A stretch of 64,000 nt of DNA from Spirochaetota bacterium (GTDB taxonomy: Bacteria > Spirochaetota > UBA4802 > UBA5550): NCBI GenBank assembly GCA_963664815.2, contig CAXXHB010000003.1, positions 4,032,001 to 4,096,000 of the forward strand, in the 5' to 3' direction. The first letter of the stretch is position 1; every line of letters begins with the position of its first letter. The translations under genes and the position numbers were made by a program. Below the pieces are notes generated by a model, which worked only from the letters and a program-made list of their open reading frames with translations, was not told where the DNA came from and did no database searches. Shown here piece after piece: positions 39,452 through 50,333 of this stretch.

Positions 39452-40870
39452 TCAGCTTAAATAACGTATTATACCTTTCGCGGCCTCTCTTCCATGATGT
39501 ATAGCCCAGACTACCAATGATGCGCCGCGTACAGAATCACCTGCGGAGAAAACCCCATCAACTGAAGACATAAAATTTCCGTCTATCTCTATATTGCCAT
39601 TTTTATCAAGTTTCAGACCAAAGTCTTTTACAAGCCCTTCATGTGCTACATGTAAAAAGCCCATAGATAAAAACACTAGATCTGTCTGAAGTTCGAATTC
39701 AGTTCCAGGTATTTCTTTCATCACTTCATTTCCATTATCATCCTTCTCCCGTGTAACTCTTACTGTTGAAATTTTTTTTACATCACCCCTCTCGCCGGAA
39801 AATCTAATTGTCTTTACCCCCCATAACCTCTCACATCCCTCCTCGTGAGAACTTGACGTTTTCTTTACTTTAGGCCATAGCGGCCATGGATCTCCGGATG
39901 TTCTATGATCTGGTGGTTCAGGAAGAATTTCTATCTGAGTTACACTGCTGGCTCCCTGCCTGATTGCATTCCCCACGCAATCAGAGCCGGTATCACCTCC
40001 TCCTATAACCACTACCTTTTTATTAATTGCTTTAATCACTTCATCTTCAGAGATTTGGTCTCCCCTTACACGCCTGTTCTGCTGTTCAAGGTATTCCATG
40101 GCAAAATGGATTCCGCCAAGAGTTCTGCCCCCTATCTCCATATCTCTGGGAGTTCTTGCACCTATAGCAATCATTACGGCATCAAATGATTTTAAGAGTT
40201 CTTTTACACTTATATCTCTTCCCGCCTTAACCCCGGTTTTAAATTGTATCCCTTCTTTCATTAATATATCTACTCTGCGATCTATTATCTTTTTGTCGAG
40301 CTTAAAGTCCGGAATTCCAAACCTCAAATATCCGCCAATGCTGTCCTCAGATTCAAGTACGGTTACCAGAAGTCCTTCCCTGTTCAGCATATCTGCACAA
40401 GCTAGACCTGCAGGGCCACTCCCCACTACCACAACTTTTTTCCCATTCCTTACAATAGGTGGTTCAGGTTTAACATATCCAAGCTCGAAAGCTTTCTCAA
40501 TCACTGCGAGTTCATTCTGCCTTATTGTTACAGGTTCATCGTTTATCGAAAGGACACATGATGCTTCACACGGTGCGGGACAGACTCTGCCTGTAAACTC
40601 AGGAAAATTATTTGTTTCCCTCAGAATTTCATAAGCACCTTTCCAGTCTTTTCTGAAAATCATATCCTGCCACTCAGGCATGATGTTCCCCACCGGACAT
40701 CCCCAGTGACAGAAAGGCACTCCACAATCCATACACCTGGACGCCTGCAGTTCTCTTTCACTTTCAGGGAGCAGGATTTCAACTTCTTTATAATCATTTA
40801 CTCTTACTTCAACAGGTCTGTAGCCCGATTCCTTACGTCTTATATTTAGAAAACCTTTTGGATCTCCCAT
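39452..40870 (-). CDS. gltD: Glutamate synthase small subunit
   Basis: MGDPKGF, RCMDCGVPFC, NNFPEFTGRVCPAPCE, GSGPAG, GGGDTGSDC, GASLVVWAI; coupled to gltB. Confidence 0.96.
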   Translation of the reverse strand: MGDPKGFLNIRRKESGYRPVEVRVNDYKEVEILLPESERELQASRCMDCGVPFCHWGCPVGNIMPEWQDMIFRKDWKGAYEILRETNNFPEFTGRVCPAPCEASCVLSINDEPVTIRQNELAVIEKAFELGYVKPEPPIVRNGKKVVVVGSGPAGLACADMLNREGLLVTVLESEDSIGGYLRFGIPDFKLDKKIIDRRVDILMKEGIQFKTGVKAGRDISVKELLKSFDAVMIAIGARTPRDMEIGGRTLGGIHFAMEYLEQQNRRVRGDQISEDEVIKAINKKVVVIGGGDTGSDCVGNAIRQGASSVTQIEILPEPPDHRTSGDPWPLWPKVKKTSSSHEEGCERLWGVKTIRFSGERGDVKKISTVRVTREKDDNGNEVMKEIPGTEFELQTDLVFLSMGFLHVAHEGLVKDFGLKLDKNGNIEIDGNFMSSVDGVFSAGDSVRGASLVVWAIHHGREAAKGIIRYLS

Positions 40871-43800
40871 TAGTAAATCTCCTGTAGCTGTTCTTCTTCT
40901 CTTATTGCTTTCAGCTTTTCATCAATCAGTGCTGTTTTCATCTCATTAAGCGCACGCTTATATTCAAGAGGCAGTACCCTGACAAACTTTGGCAGATATT
41001 CATACCACCTATTGATAATATCTCTTGCCAATATACTCTCCGTATAATGTATATGCTTTTTCAACATATCAATTATAAGTTCCTGGTCATCGAAATCCCT
41101 GATCTGAGATAACTCCACCATCCCTTTATTACAAAAATACTCAAAATCTCCATCCATATCAAGAACATAGGCAATTCCGCCGCTCATACCTGCCGCAAAA
41201 TTTCTTCCCACTTTCCCAAGAACCAGAATCCTCCCTCCGGTCATATACTCTGCACAATGATCTCCAGTACCCTCAACTACGGCATAAACACCACTGTTCC
41301 TTACACAAAATCTCTCTCCTGCAATTCCCCGTATATATGCCTCACCGGACGTCCCTCCGTAGAGAACTGTATTGCCTACAATTATATTCTCACTCGCGTT
41401 AAAGGATGATTTTTTAGGGGGTAATACAATTAACTTTCCGCCGGAAAGTCCTTTTCCGAAGTAATCATTTGCATCACCCTCCAGCCTGAAGGTTACACCC
41501 TTTGCCAGAAAAATTCCAAAGCTCTGGCCCGCACTTCCATGAAATGTACAATTTACAGAATCGTCCGCCAGCCCCGTTTCTCCACATTTTCTGGATATCT
41601 CATACGATAACATCGCTCCAACCGAACGGTCTGTATTGTGTATAGGCATCTCAATATATGCATTTACTTCTCTTCCTGCATCAAGTGACGGTTTTATTCT
41701 TTCCAATAGTCTCCTGTCGAGAACATGCTCAATTTTATGATGTTGATCTTTCACACAACGTGTTGCATATTTTAAAGATTCTTCCGGTCTGAAAAGAATC
41801 CCTGAAGAGTCTACATACTTCGCTTTCCAGTGATCTATATCTCTTCTTTTAAGCAGATCTGTTCTCCCTACAAGATCCTCAAATTTTTTTACTCCCAACC
41901 CAGCCATAATCTCCCTTGTTTCCTGGGCCATAAAACGAAAATAGTTTATAAGATATTCCGGTTTTCCATTAAATCTTTTTTTTAATTCGGGATCCTGAGT
42001 CGCAATACCCACAGGGCATGTATTAAGGTGACATTTTCTCATCATCACACATCCAAGAACTATTAGTGCACCTGTACCAAATCCAAACTCTTCAGCACCT
42101 AGAATTCCGGCAATTACAATATCACGACCTGTTTTAAGCTGCCCGTCTGTCTGAAGCCTGACCCTTCCCCTGAGATCATTTCTTACAAGAGTCTGATGTG
42201 TTTCCGCCAGCCCTATTTCCCAAGGGATCCCTGCGTGTTTGATCGAACTGATTGGGCTTGCTCCTGTTCCACCGTCATATCCGCTTATAAGTATGTTGTC
42301 CGCATGAGCTTTAGCTACACCCGATGCTACAGTTCCTACGCCGGATTCCGATACCAGTTTAACGCTTATCCGCGCCATTGGGTTTGCACTCTTCAGGTCA
42401 AATATCAATTGCGCAAGATCCTCAATTGAATATATGTCATGATGGGGTGGCGGAGAAATTAAAGTAACACCTGGAGTTGAATGCCTTGTTTTTGCAATGA
42501 TCTGGTCAACCTTATGCCCAGGCAGCTGGCCACCCTCACCCGGCTTTGCCCCCTGTGAAATTTTTATCTGTATTTCGTCAGCATTGGCCAGATAATTGCT
42601 GGTTACACCAAATCTTCCGGATGCTACCTGTTTTATAGAACTTCTTGCTGAGGTCCCGTCCGGCATTTTTATAAACCGTTCAGGATCCTCTCCTCCTTCT
42701 CCGCAATTGCTCCTTCCGTGTATTGAGTTCATTGCTATAGCAATAGCTTCATGAGCATCTCTGCTTATTGAACCGAAAGACATAGCCCCTGTAGTCAACC
42801 TCTTCATTATTTCAACTTCCGTTTCAACATCATCAAGTGGGATTGCCCTTGAAGGATTAAAATCAAAAAGCCCCCTGATACAATGTGGTTTTCTGTTCTG
42901 TTCATCAACAATCGCAGTAAACTCTTTATATTTCTCATAATCATTGGTCCGTGTAGCCCACTGGATCATGAAGATCGTCTCCGGATTCCATGCATGTTTT
43001 TCCCCACCTTTCCTGTAACTATAAACTCCGTCAGATTCAGGAAATTTTATCTCTTCAACGTATGCCTTGTTATACCGCATTAAGCATTCAACGGCAATCA
43101 TGTTGGCTCCAATACCCGATATCTTAGTCGGAGTACCGGTGAAATATTTATTTATGATATCTTCGGATAATCCCACTGCTTCAAATACCTGCGCACCACG
43201 ATAACTTCTTATTGTAGATGTTCCCATTTTTGACAGAATCTTCAAAAGACCCTTATTCAATGATTTTATATAATTCCCTTCACTTTCATCATAGCCTCCG
43301 GGCATATTTATTCTTCTGCTCTTTACAAGTTCACTAATTGTTGCAAAAGCAACATACGGATTAACAGCATCAGCACCATAACCCAGGAGAAGAGCAAAAT
43401 GCATAACCTCTCTAGCTTCACCTGTCTCTATAATTATTCCGGTTCTTGTCCTCTTTTTAACTCTGATCAGATGATGGTGAACAGCTGCGCATACGAGTAG
43501 CGAGGGAATGGCCATTTTATTCTTATCTGCTTTTCTGTCTGAAATTATTATTATATTAAATCCGGCATCAACAGACTTCTCCGCTTCAATACAAATCTCA
43601 TCAATCCTGCTTTCAAGCAAACCATCTTTTTTTTCTGCAGGAAACACCGAGTTGATTATTACTGTTTTAAATGCGGGATTTTCTCCCAGATAAACTTTTG
43701 CTGTTTCTTTATTGGAAAATATCGGGGAAAAAGTCTTGATCAGCTTGCAATGTTCCGGAGTCTCCTCAAGAAGATTTTTTCTAGGACCAATATAGCCAGT

Positions 43801-45414
43801 TAGGCTCATAACAAGTTCTTCCCGTATTGAATCTATTGCGGGGTTTGTAACCTGAGCAAAAACCTGTTTAAAATAATTGAAAAGAGTCTGGGGTTTATCA
43901 GAGAAAACCGCAAGCGGAGTATCAGTACCCATAGAACCTACAGGTTCCTGGGCATTCACTGCCATCGGGATTATTATATCTTCGATATCCTCACGACTAT
44001 ATCCAAAGCTTACCCTCAGTTTATGGAGTTTCTCCTTTTCAATTTCAACTGAAACATCTTCCGGATCAGGTATATCATCAAGCACAATTCTGTTATTTTC
44101 AACCCACTCCCGGTATGGCTTGCTATGGGCTATCTTCTTTTTCACTTCACTATCAGGAATTATTCTTCCTTCTACAGTATCAACCAGAAGCATTTTGCCC
44201 GGCATAAGTCTCCCTTTTAATTTTATATCTTCTGGCAAAAAATTCTGTACCCCGACCTCTGATCCCATTACTATCATACCGTCTTTAGTTACAACATATC
44301 TTGAGGGCCTTAAACCATTTCTATCCAGCGTACCACCGATATACCTGCCATCACAAAACACCATCGAAGCCGGGCCATCCCAAGCCTCCATGAATGTGGA
44401 GTGATACTCATAGAAATATTTAAGGTAATCAGGAATAGGATTCTTGTCATTCCACGATTCAGGAATCATCATCATCAGGGCATGTGGTATCGATCTCCCG
44501 GCTGCGACAAGAAGTTCAACAACATTGTCAAATGATGCGGAATCGCTCTTACCCGGTTCAATAACCGGAAATATCTTTTCCAGGTCGTCACCTAAAATTT
44601 CAGATCTGAAGTCGGATTCCCGCGCCTGCATCCAGAACCTGTTCCCTTTTATTGTATTAATCTCCCCATTATGTGCCATTATCCTGAAAGGTTGAGCAAG
44701 ATCCCATGATGGAAATGTATTTGTGCTGAACCTTGAATGAACAAGCGCCAAAGCACTCTCAATCCCGTCATTATATAAATCTTTATAATAACCCCCTACC
44801 TGACCAGGCATAAGCATCCCTTTATAAACAATTGTTTTTGTTGAAAGGGATGGTATATGAAAAAGATATTTTTCTCTTATCGATGATTCTCTCACCAGCC
44901 TCTCTGTTACTTTTCTTGCAATGAAAAGTTTAAGCTCAAGATTTATATTTTTCCCTGCCTCTCTACCGATGAATACCTGTTTAATTACAGGTTCCGATTT
45001 TCTGGCAATTTCTCCTATGACACTGCTGTCAACAGAAATATCTCTCCATAAAATGATGTTCAAACCTTCATCTGCCAGTGATTTTTCAAAAACTGCTTTG
45101 CATATCTTTCGGTCACTCTCATCTGCAGGAAAAAAAACAAGCCCTGTGCCATAATCTCCCGCACCTGGAAGCTCTTTAATCTCATTAGCATAAAAAGAAT
45201 GGGGAATCTGAATCATGATACCCGAACCATCGCCAGTTTTGTTATCAGCACCCTCTGCACCGCGGTGTGTCATCCTTTCAAGAACCTCAAGCCCTCTTTT
45301 AATTATATCGTGAGATTTTTCACCATTTATATTCGCCACAAAACCTATACCACATGAATCATGTTCATTGGCAGGATCATAAAGGCCGCTTTTTTCAAAT
45401 CTGTTATAATTCAT
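40870..45414 (-). CDS. gltB: Glutamate synthase large subunit
   Basis: EHDSCGIGF (Ntn Cys), HSRFSTNT, HNGEINT, IKQVASGRFGV, QGAKPGEGGQLPG, CHLNTCPVG, EYMTGG; likely ATG at 45414. Confidence 0.98.
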   Translation of the reverse strand: MNYNRFEKSGLYDPANEHDSCGIGFVANINGEKSHDIIKRGLEVLERMTHRGAEGADNKTGDGSGIMIQIPHSFYANEIKELPGAGDYGTGLVFFPADESDRKICKAVFEKSLADEGLNIILWRDISVDSSVIGEIARKSEPVIKQVFIGREAGKNINLELKLFIARKVTERLVRESSIREKYLFHIPSLSTKTIVYKGMLMPGQVGGYYKDLYNDGIESALALVHSRFSTNTFPSWDLAQPFRIMAHNGEINTIKGNRFWMQARESDFRSEILGDDLEKIFPVIEPGKSDSASFDNVVELLVAAGRSIPHALMMMIPESWNDKNPIPDYLKYFYEYHSTFMEAWDGPASMVFCDGRYIGGTLDRNGLRPSRYVVTKDGMIVMGSEVGVQNFLPEDIKLKGRLMPGKMLLVDTVEGRIIPDSEVKKKIAHSKPYREWVENNRIVLDDIPDPEDVSVEIEKEKLHKLRVSFGYSREDIEDIIIPMAVNAQEPVGSMGTDTPLAVFSDKPQTLFNYFKQVFAQVTNPAIDSIREELVMSLTGYIGPRKNLLEETPEHCKLIKTFSPIFSNKETAKVYLGENPAFKTVIINSVFPAEKKDGLLESRIDEICIEAEKSVDAGFNIIIISDRKADKNKMAIPSLLVCAAVHHHLIRVKKRTRTGIIIETGEAREVMHFALLLGYGADAVNPYVAFATISELVKSRRINMPGGYDESEGNYIKSLNKGLLKILSKMGTSTIRSYRGAQVFEAVGLSEDIINKYFTGTPTKISGIGANMIAVECLMRYNKAYVEEIKFPESDGVYSYRKGGEKHAWNPETIFMIQWATRTNDYEKYKEFTAIVDEQNRKPHCIRGLFDFNPSRAIPLDDVETEVEIMKRLTTGAMSFGSISRDAHEAIAIAMNSIHGRSNCGEGGEDPERFIKMPDGTSARSSIKQVASGRFGVTSNYLANADEIQIKISQGAKPGEGGQLPGHKVDQIIAKTRHSTPGVTLISPPPHHDIYSIEDLAQLIFDLKSANPMARISVKLVSESGVGTVASGVAKAHADNILISGYDGGTGASPISSIKHAGIPWEIGLAETHQTLVRNDLRGRVRLQTDGQLKTGRDIVIAGILGAEEFGFGTGALIVLGCVMMRKCHLNTCPVGIATQDPELKKRFNGKPEYLINYFRFMAQETREIMAGLGVKKFEDLVGRTDLLKRRDIDHWKAKYVDSSGILFRPEESLKYATRCVKDQHHKIEHVLDRRLLERIKPSLDAGREVNAYIEMPIHNTDRSVGAMLSYEISRKCGETGLADDSVNCTFHGSAGQSFGIFLAKGVTFRLEGDANDYFGKGLSGGKLIVLPPKKSSFNASENIIVGNTVLYGGTSGEAYIRGIAGERFCVRNSGVYAVVEGTGDHCAEYMTGGRILVLGKVGRNFAAGMSGGIAYVLDMDGDFEYFCNKGMVELSQIRDFDDQELIIDMLKKHIHYTESILARDIINRWYEYLPKFVRVLPLEYKRALNEMKTALIDEKLKAIREEEQLQEIY

Positions 45415-45524
45415 TTCATGACTCCGAAAAATTTTTCTAAACATATAGATTTATTAATATAATTTAATATACCTGTTAATAATAAAAACGTGTCCTCTCA
45501 ATCAATTAAAAAAGGTTAAATGGT

Positions 45525-45540
45525 GTTACATTTTTGTTAA
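45525..45540. promoter_or_regulatory. Putative operator TTACA-N4-TGT(T/A)A upstream of gltB
   Basis: GTTACATTTTTGTTAA; 13 bp are the exact reverse complement of 54428-54440 upstream of gdhA. Confidence 0.45.
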
Positions 45541-46132
45541 AATCTGATATATACAACATTATATGATGTTTTATAAATATTTTCTTCTCTCAAATTACCT
45601 TTACTTCACCTGTATCAAATCATTATTAATACAATAATGTAAAAGCATGCTATTTCGATTTAATAACTGTATTTTAGTTTATCTAACATTTCCCATTATT
45701 AATAAAAAACAGATTTAACAGCCATAACTGATAACCTGTTATTTAATAAATTATCCACATGGAAGATTCTGAAATTTATAAATTTCGCCGGCATATCCCA
45801 GTTTTTTCGGTTTAACTTGTATAATATAACCACATTAAAGACAATCAGGTAAAAAATCTTCAAAGTTCACTATTCATCCATCAACCCAAGAGTCATAGAT
45901 AGCATTTATTAATAATGCCTGTAATCTCCCCAGAATGATAGTCAATACAAGCCTAATAATTACACCACTTACCCCATGTACCACAATAAAAGGTTATTTA
46001 AATCAAAAAAAAATATTATTGATATAAATATATATCCGGATAAATAATAATCATAAATTGAATGAACTCTTACTCTCTCTGCCTTTTTTCTCTTTGCAGA
46101 TATAAATTGAAAAATAATAAAGAGGTCTTCCC

Positions 46133-47002
46133 ATGAATGATATACAGCCTTTAATAAAATCGTGCAACATTGAAAATGTTTCAATTGAATATCTGCATTA
46201 CCCATCTGATGGACCAGACATGATTTTAATGCATGCCACCGGCTTTCTTCCATGGTTGTGGCATCCTATTGCAAGATCACTCATCGGTCTATATAATATT
46301 TTTATTCCTTATTTCTGTAGTCACAGATATGCCGAACCTGAAGATGGAGGTCTCGGATGGAATATACTTGCAGATGATCTGTATAAATTCTGCAGTAACC
46401 TGAAACTGAAATCCCCTTTTGCAGTCGGGCACTCAATGGGAGGAACTGTGATAACGCTTTGTGCCGGTTCACACAAAATTGCGCCATCCGGAATTATCCT
46501 TATAGAACCTATATTCCTTCCTGAAACAAGCTATAGCACAAAAATCACAGTGGAACAGCATCCTCTCGCTTCAAAATCAATAAATAGACGCAGTGAATGG
46601 GGCAGCCTCGAGGAGGCTTTGTCATATCTAAAAAAAAGAAAACTCTTCAGCAGATGGGATGAGGAAATACTTGATCTCTATCTGAAGTACGGAATGATAG
46701 TTAACAACAGCGGCGGACTGACCCTCGCATGTTCACCCAGAAGAGAGGCTTCTCTTTTTATGGGGGGAAACTCGATAAACCCCTGGCCTTTACTTGGTGA
46801 AATCAAATGCCCTTTGCTCGTTGTTGAAGGTGAAATCAGTGAAAATAAATTATTTATCGATCTCAAAAAAGCTGCATCTCTCTTTCCGGATGGAACTTAT
46901 CTTGAAGTAAAAAACGCCGGGCATCTTATTCCAATGGAACAGCCTCACATCATTGCGCATCTTATAGGTGATTTCTTTTCTAAAATTAATAAACCATCTT
47001 AA
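46133..47002 (+). CDS. Alpha/beta hydrolase
   Basis: HATGF, nucleophile GHSMGG, C-terminal GHLIPMEQP. Confidence 0.9.
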   Translation: MNDIQPLIKSCNIENVSIEYLHYPSDGPDMILMHATGFLPWLWHPIARSLIGLYNIFIPYFCSHRYAEPEDGGLGWNILADDLYKFCSNLKLKSPFAVGHSMGGTVITLCAGSHKIAPSGIILIEPIFLPETSYSTKITVEQHPLASKSINRRSEWGSLEEALSYLKKRKLFSRWDEEILDLYLKYGMIVNNSGGLTLACSPRREASLFMGGNSINPWPLLGEIKCPLLVVEGEISENKLFIDLKKAASLFPDGTYLEVKNAGHLIPMEQPHIIAHLIGDFFSKINKPS

Positions 47003-47123
47003 TTAAATTGACATCCGGACTATTAAACTTCTTATAAATTACTTTAGGGATTTTAAAAAACAGATTTAATCCAGCATCCCCGGAATATTTTATTATTTCA
47101 ATATAATTAAGGGAGATTTAAAT

Positions 47124-47708
47124 ATGCCGTTAATTACAATGCTTAAACAAATGCTTCCCGGGCTTCTTCCGCTATTTATATTTATAATAGCTGATGAAAT
47201 ATGGGGAACTGAAACCGGTCTTTACATTGCAGTAGTATTCGGTCTTGGTGAACTTTTAGTCACAAGAATAAAAAATGGTGTATATGATAAATTTATAATA
47301 TTTGACACAACTTTTTTAGTAATTCTTGGTCTGGTATCTATAATCCTTGAAAATGATATATTTTTCAAACTTAAACCTGCATTGATTGAAGCAATACTAT
47401 GTGTTATTCTTGCAATATCCGCTTTTTCACCCGCTAATCTTCTTCTTGTCATGTCACAAAGATATATGAAAAATGTTGATATTATGTTAACCGACGCCGG
47501 TTTAAATGCCATGAAACATATGATTAAAATTATTCTTTTCATTCTTGTGCTACATACGGCTCTTACAGTTTATTCAGCATTCTATATGTCCAAGGAAGCA
47601 TGGCTTTTTATAAGCGGGGGATTATTTTACATCATTTTCGCATCAATGTTTCTTGGTCAGATTCTTTACTACAAAATAAAATTGTGGATTAATAGCCTTC
47701 ATAAATAA
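47124..47708 (+). CDS. YciB/IspZ-family membrane protein
   Basis: 'LLPLFIF', 'ENDIFFKLKPALIE', 'SKEAW'; about 5 TM helices. Confidence 0.75.
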   Translation: MPLITMLKQMLPGLLPLFIFIIADEIWGTETGLYIAVVFGLGELLVTRIKNGVYDKFIIFDTTFLVILGLVSIILENDIFFKLKPALIEAILCVILAISAFSPANLLLVMSQRYMKNVDIMLTDAGLNAMKHMIKIILFILVLHTALTVYSAFYMSKEAWLFISGGLFYIIFASMFLGQILYYKIKLWINSLHK

Positions 47709-47868
47709 TATATTAATAAAGGCTATTTCATAATATTTAATTCAAACAACATCTGTCTATGCTGGTCTTTCAGAACTGGTAAAAATAAACATCTTCTCGT
47801 AATTAGACTGAACAAATGGTTGAAAAATCAATATTCACTAATTATTCCAATGTTACTATTAAAGACAA

Positions 47869-49821
47869 TTATGATTCATCTTCAGCAAGTGTTATGAGCC
47901 AGTCACTTTCGCTCAGAGTGAAGGTTTTATCTTTAGGAGGATTAACATATATACCAAAATTTTTTTCAATAACCAACTCTTCATTTTTCAACCGCACTCC
48001 GAAACATGTTTCATTTCTATTTAAAGCTGCTGCACATAGTTCGCCAAAGCTGATCTGGGGTGGAATTTCGGAAAGGAACATAGACACCAGTTTAATATAA
48101 ACCTCACTACCCTCTTCCGAAAAAAGATCATCATAAATTGTCAGAACATCCGGTTCCTCTGACACCTGCGCGTAAATCTTTGACACAAACTGATTGGATA
48201 TCAGAAAATCCTTTACTCCCGCCTCCTGTATTACTTCAATGTTTTCTGAATCTGCAACCTCGGTAATCAATTGAGTCCTAATCTCTTTTTTCATTGTTGT
48301 TTTAAAATAACTTCTGAATTCGAGAAGTTTTGCAATTGTATCGGAATCGCGAAGCTCAGAATTTCCTCCATCAGCTGAAAGAATAATAACATTGTCATAC
48401 ACTTCCGGCTTGAGTTTCGCAATTGTCGACGGATTATGAAGGTCTCCCACAAGCATCCTCATTCTTATGCTGTTGTGCGACTTTTGTGCTAAATTGAATT
48501 CCTGCTTCATCTCTTCAGATATCTCCGGAACAACAACATCTATTTTTGATCCATTTGCAAGATAATTGCTATATTCAGCGAGAATAGAGGAGGCCTTACG
48601 GCTCCATCCGACTAACAGCTGATTTTCAAGAGTTTTCGGATGAGGAACAGGAGCTTTACATTGAGGAATGGTGATTTCAAGCTTTTGCGCAAGAAATTTT
48701 ATTGCTGAATCATCTTCTGCAATTATAATTGCTTCATCATCTCCTTTAAAAACACTGCCTGAAGGAGGGTTAAGCTCAATTGTTCCATCACTCTTTCTTA
48801 TTCCAAGGACGCAACTGTCTGCAAAATGAAACATAATATCGCTATATCGCAGTCCAGCAAATCCTCTATCCGGTTTGTAAAAATAAAACTCGCATCCCTC
48901 AAATCCAACAAGATTATCATATACCTGAGCAAGCCCAGACACTCTCGAAGTCTGAACCATAAGTTTTGCCAGAATTGAATGTTCGTCTATCAGAGATACG
49001 TTTTTTGAAGATATATTTTTTGCAAGCTTACGCATGTTTTCGAGATGGATCTCTGCTATAACCGGCGGAATTTTATCTTCACCGGTACAGGATATCATTG
49101 CCAGAATAGTTTTAAGAACTCTCGCGTCGGCAAGAGATTTTTCCTCATGAGTATTATCAACAGCTGCATCACTAAGAATTATCACTGACTTAGCAGTGTT
49201 CACTCCTACTCTCTTAAGCATATTAATACTTGAAGTAGATCCGGATCTGGCTACTATTCTTGTATTTTTAAAATCAGAAATTCTGTCCCGAAAGTAATCA
49301 TCCATTTCATCTTTTTCTTTCTCCGCAAGAACCACTACAACCGGTTTCTTTTCCGATTCATTTGCGATTATAAGCTCCCTTATTATTTCGAGGGCACGGT
49401 CTCCAAAACCAAGAATAAGGGTATGATTTTTCTCAACTACATTACTTTTCCCTTTTCGAAGTTCAGCAAGTTTTGCTTCAAACTGACTTGTAATAAAAGC
49501 GACTAAGCTTGAAAAAAGAATCAGACCGGAAAAAACTGTAATAATTCCCGTTATTTTATTTAAAACATTCCCGTTTGTATCTTCAGCAATAGCACCCGCA
49601 TCTGATATCTGAAGGAAAACCTGCCAGAACTGATTAAGAACACCAGTGAGATTTTCCTGGGGTGTAATGATATTTACGATAAATCTCACAAAGGCCATAA
49701 GAATAAATGCACCAACGAATAAAAGTATAAGTGCAAAGAAAACTGAAACTCCCCCTTTCGACATAAAGTTATCAAAAGAATATTTTAGCCTTGCCTTTAT
49801 ACTGTAATCTATTGAGAACAT
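47869..49821 (-). CDS. CASTOR/POLLUX-like ion channel with tandem RCK domains
   Basis: 'RLKYSFDNFMSKG', pore region 'QISDAG', 'LRKGKSNVVEKNHTLILG', 'GFEGCEFYF', 'EEGSEVYIK', 'NPPK'. Confidence 0.8.
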   Translation of the reverse strand: MFSIDYSIKARLKYSFDNFMSKGGVSVFFALILLFVGAFILMAFVRFIVNIITPQENLTGVLNQFWQVFLQISDAGAIAEDTNGNVLNKITGIITVFSGLILFSSLVAFITSQFEAKLAELRKGKSNVVEKNHTLILGFGDRALEIIRELIIANESEKKPVVVVLAEKEKDEMDDYFRDRISDFKNTRIVARSGSTSSINMLKRVGVNTAKSVIILSDAAVDNTHEEKSLADARVLKTILAMISCTGEDKIPPVIAEIHLENMRKLAKNISSKNVSLIDEHSILAKLMVQTSRVSGLAQVYDNLVGFEGCEFYFYKPDRGFAGLRYSDIMFHFADSCVLGIRKSDGTIELNPPSGSVFKGDDEAIIIAEDDSAIKFLAQKLEITIPQCKAPVPHPKTLENQLLVGWSRKASSILAEYSNYLANGSKIDVVVPEISEEMKQEFNLAQKSHNSIRMRMLVGDLHNPSTIAKLKPEVYDNVIILSADGGNSELRDSDTIAKLLEFRSYFKTTMKKEIRTQLITEVADSENIEVIQEAGVKDFLISNQFVSKIYAQVSEEPDVLTIYDDLFSEEGSEVYIKLVSMFLSEIPPQISFGELCAAALNRNETCFGVRLKNEELVIEKNFGIYVNPPKDKTFTLSESDWLITLAEDES

Positions 49822-50084
49822 AAATATACCTCTCTAATATTCAACTATCAGTTCTTGAGTATTTTAACACTATAGCTATAATAGTCGCCTATATCATTAT
49901 TTAATGAATTAAAAACAGTAAAATTTATCTGATTGTTCAGATCACATCATAGTCTTTGTGTAAAATAATATCCAATAATCAGGATAAAGACTATTCTTTG
50001 TTGATTTATTCATTGAAATATTCTTATTATCATCGTCTAATTGCATATTAAGAAAATTTTTTTGAAATTAAAGGATTATAACTT

Positions 50085-50330
50085 TTGAAAGTAACAGAAT
50101 ACCTTGACAGAATGATTAACGACCTTGAGAAATCGAAAACACCGGCAGAATATATAATAATGGGTAAAAAATATTTTTACGAATGGATAATAGAACTAAC
50201 CCGCTCCGGGGACATCACTTTTAATAAAAATAAAAAAAAATACAAATTCACTCACAGAGAAATAAAAATAGTCCTTTGCGAAAGCGAGATACTTGAAGTT
50301 GTTCCCAACTCCAAATATCTTCTGGATTGA
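50085..50330 (+). CDS. Small hypothetical protein
   Basis: 81-aa ORF with TTG start and AAGGA RBS, fitting the gap between the flanking genes. Confidence 0.6.
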   Translation: MKVTEYLDRMINDLEKSKTPAEYIIMGKKYFYEWIIELTRSGDITFNKNKKKYKFTHREIKIVLCESEILEVVPNSKYLLD

Positions 50331-50333
50331 TTT

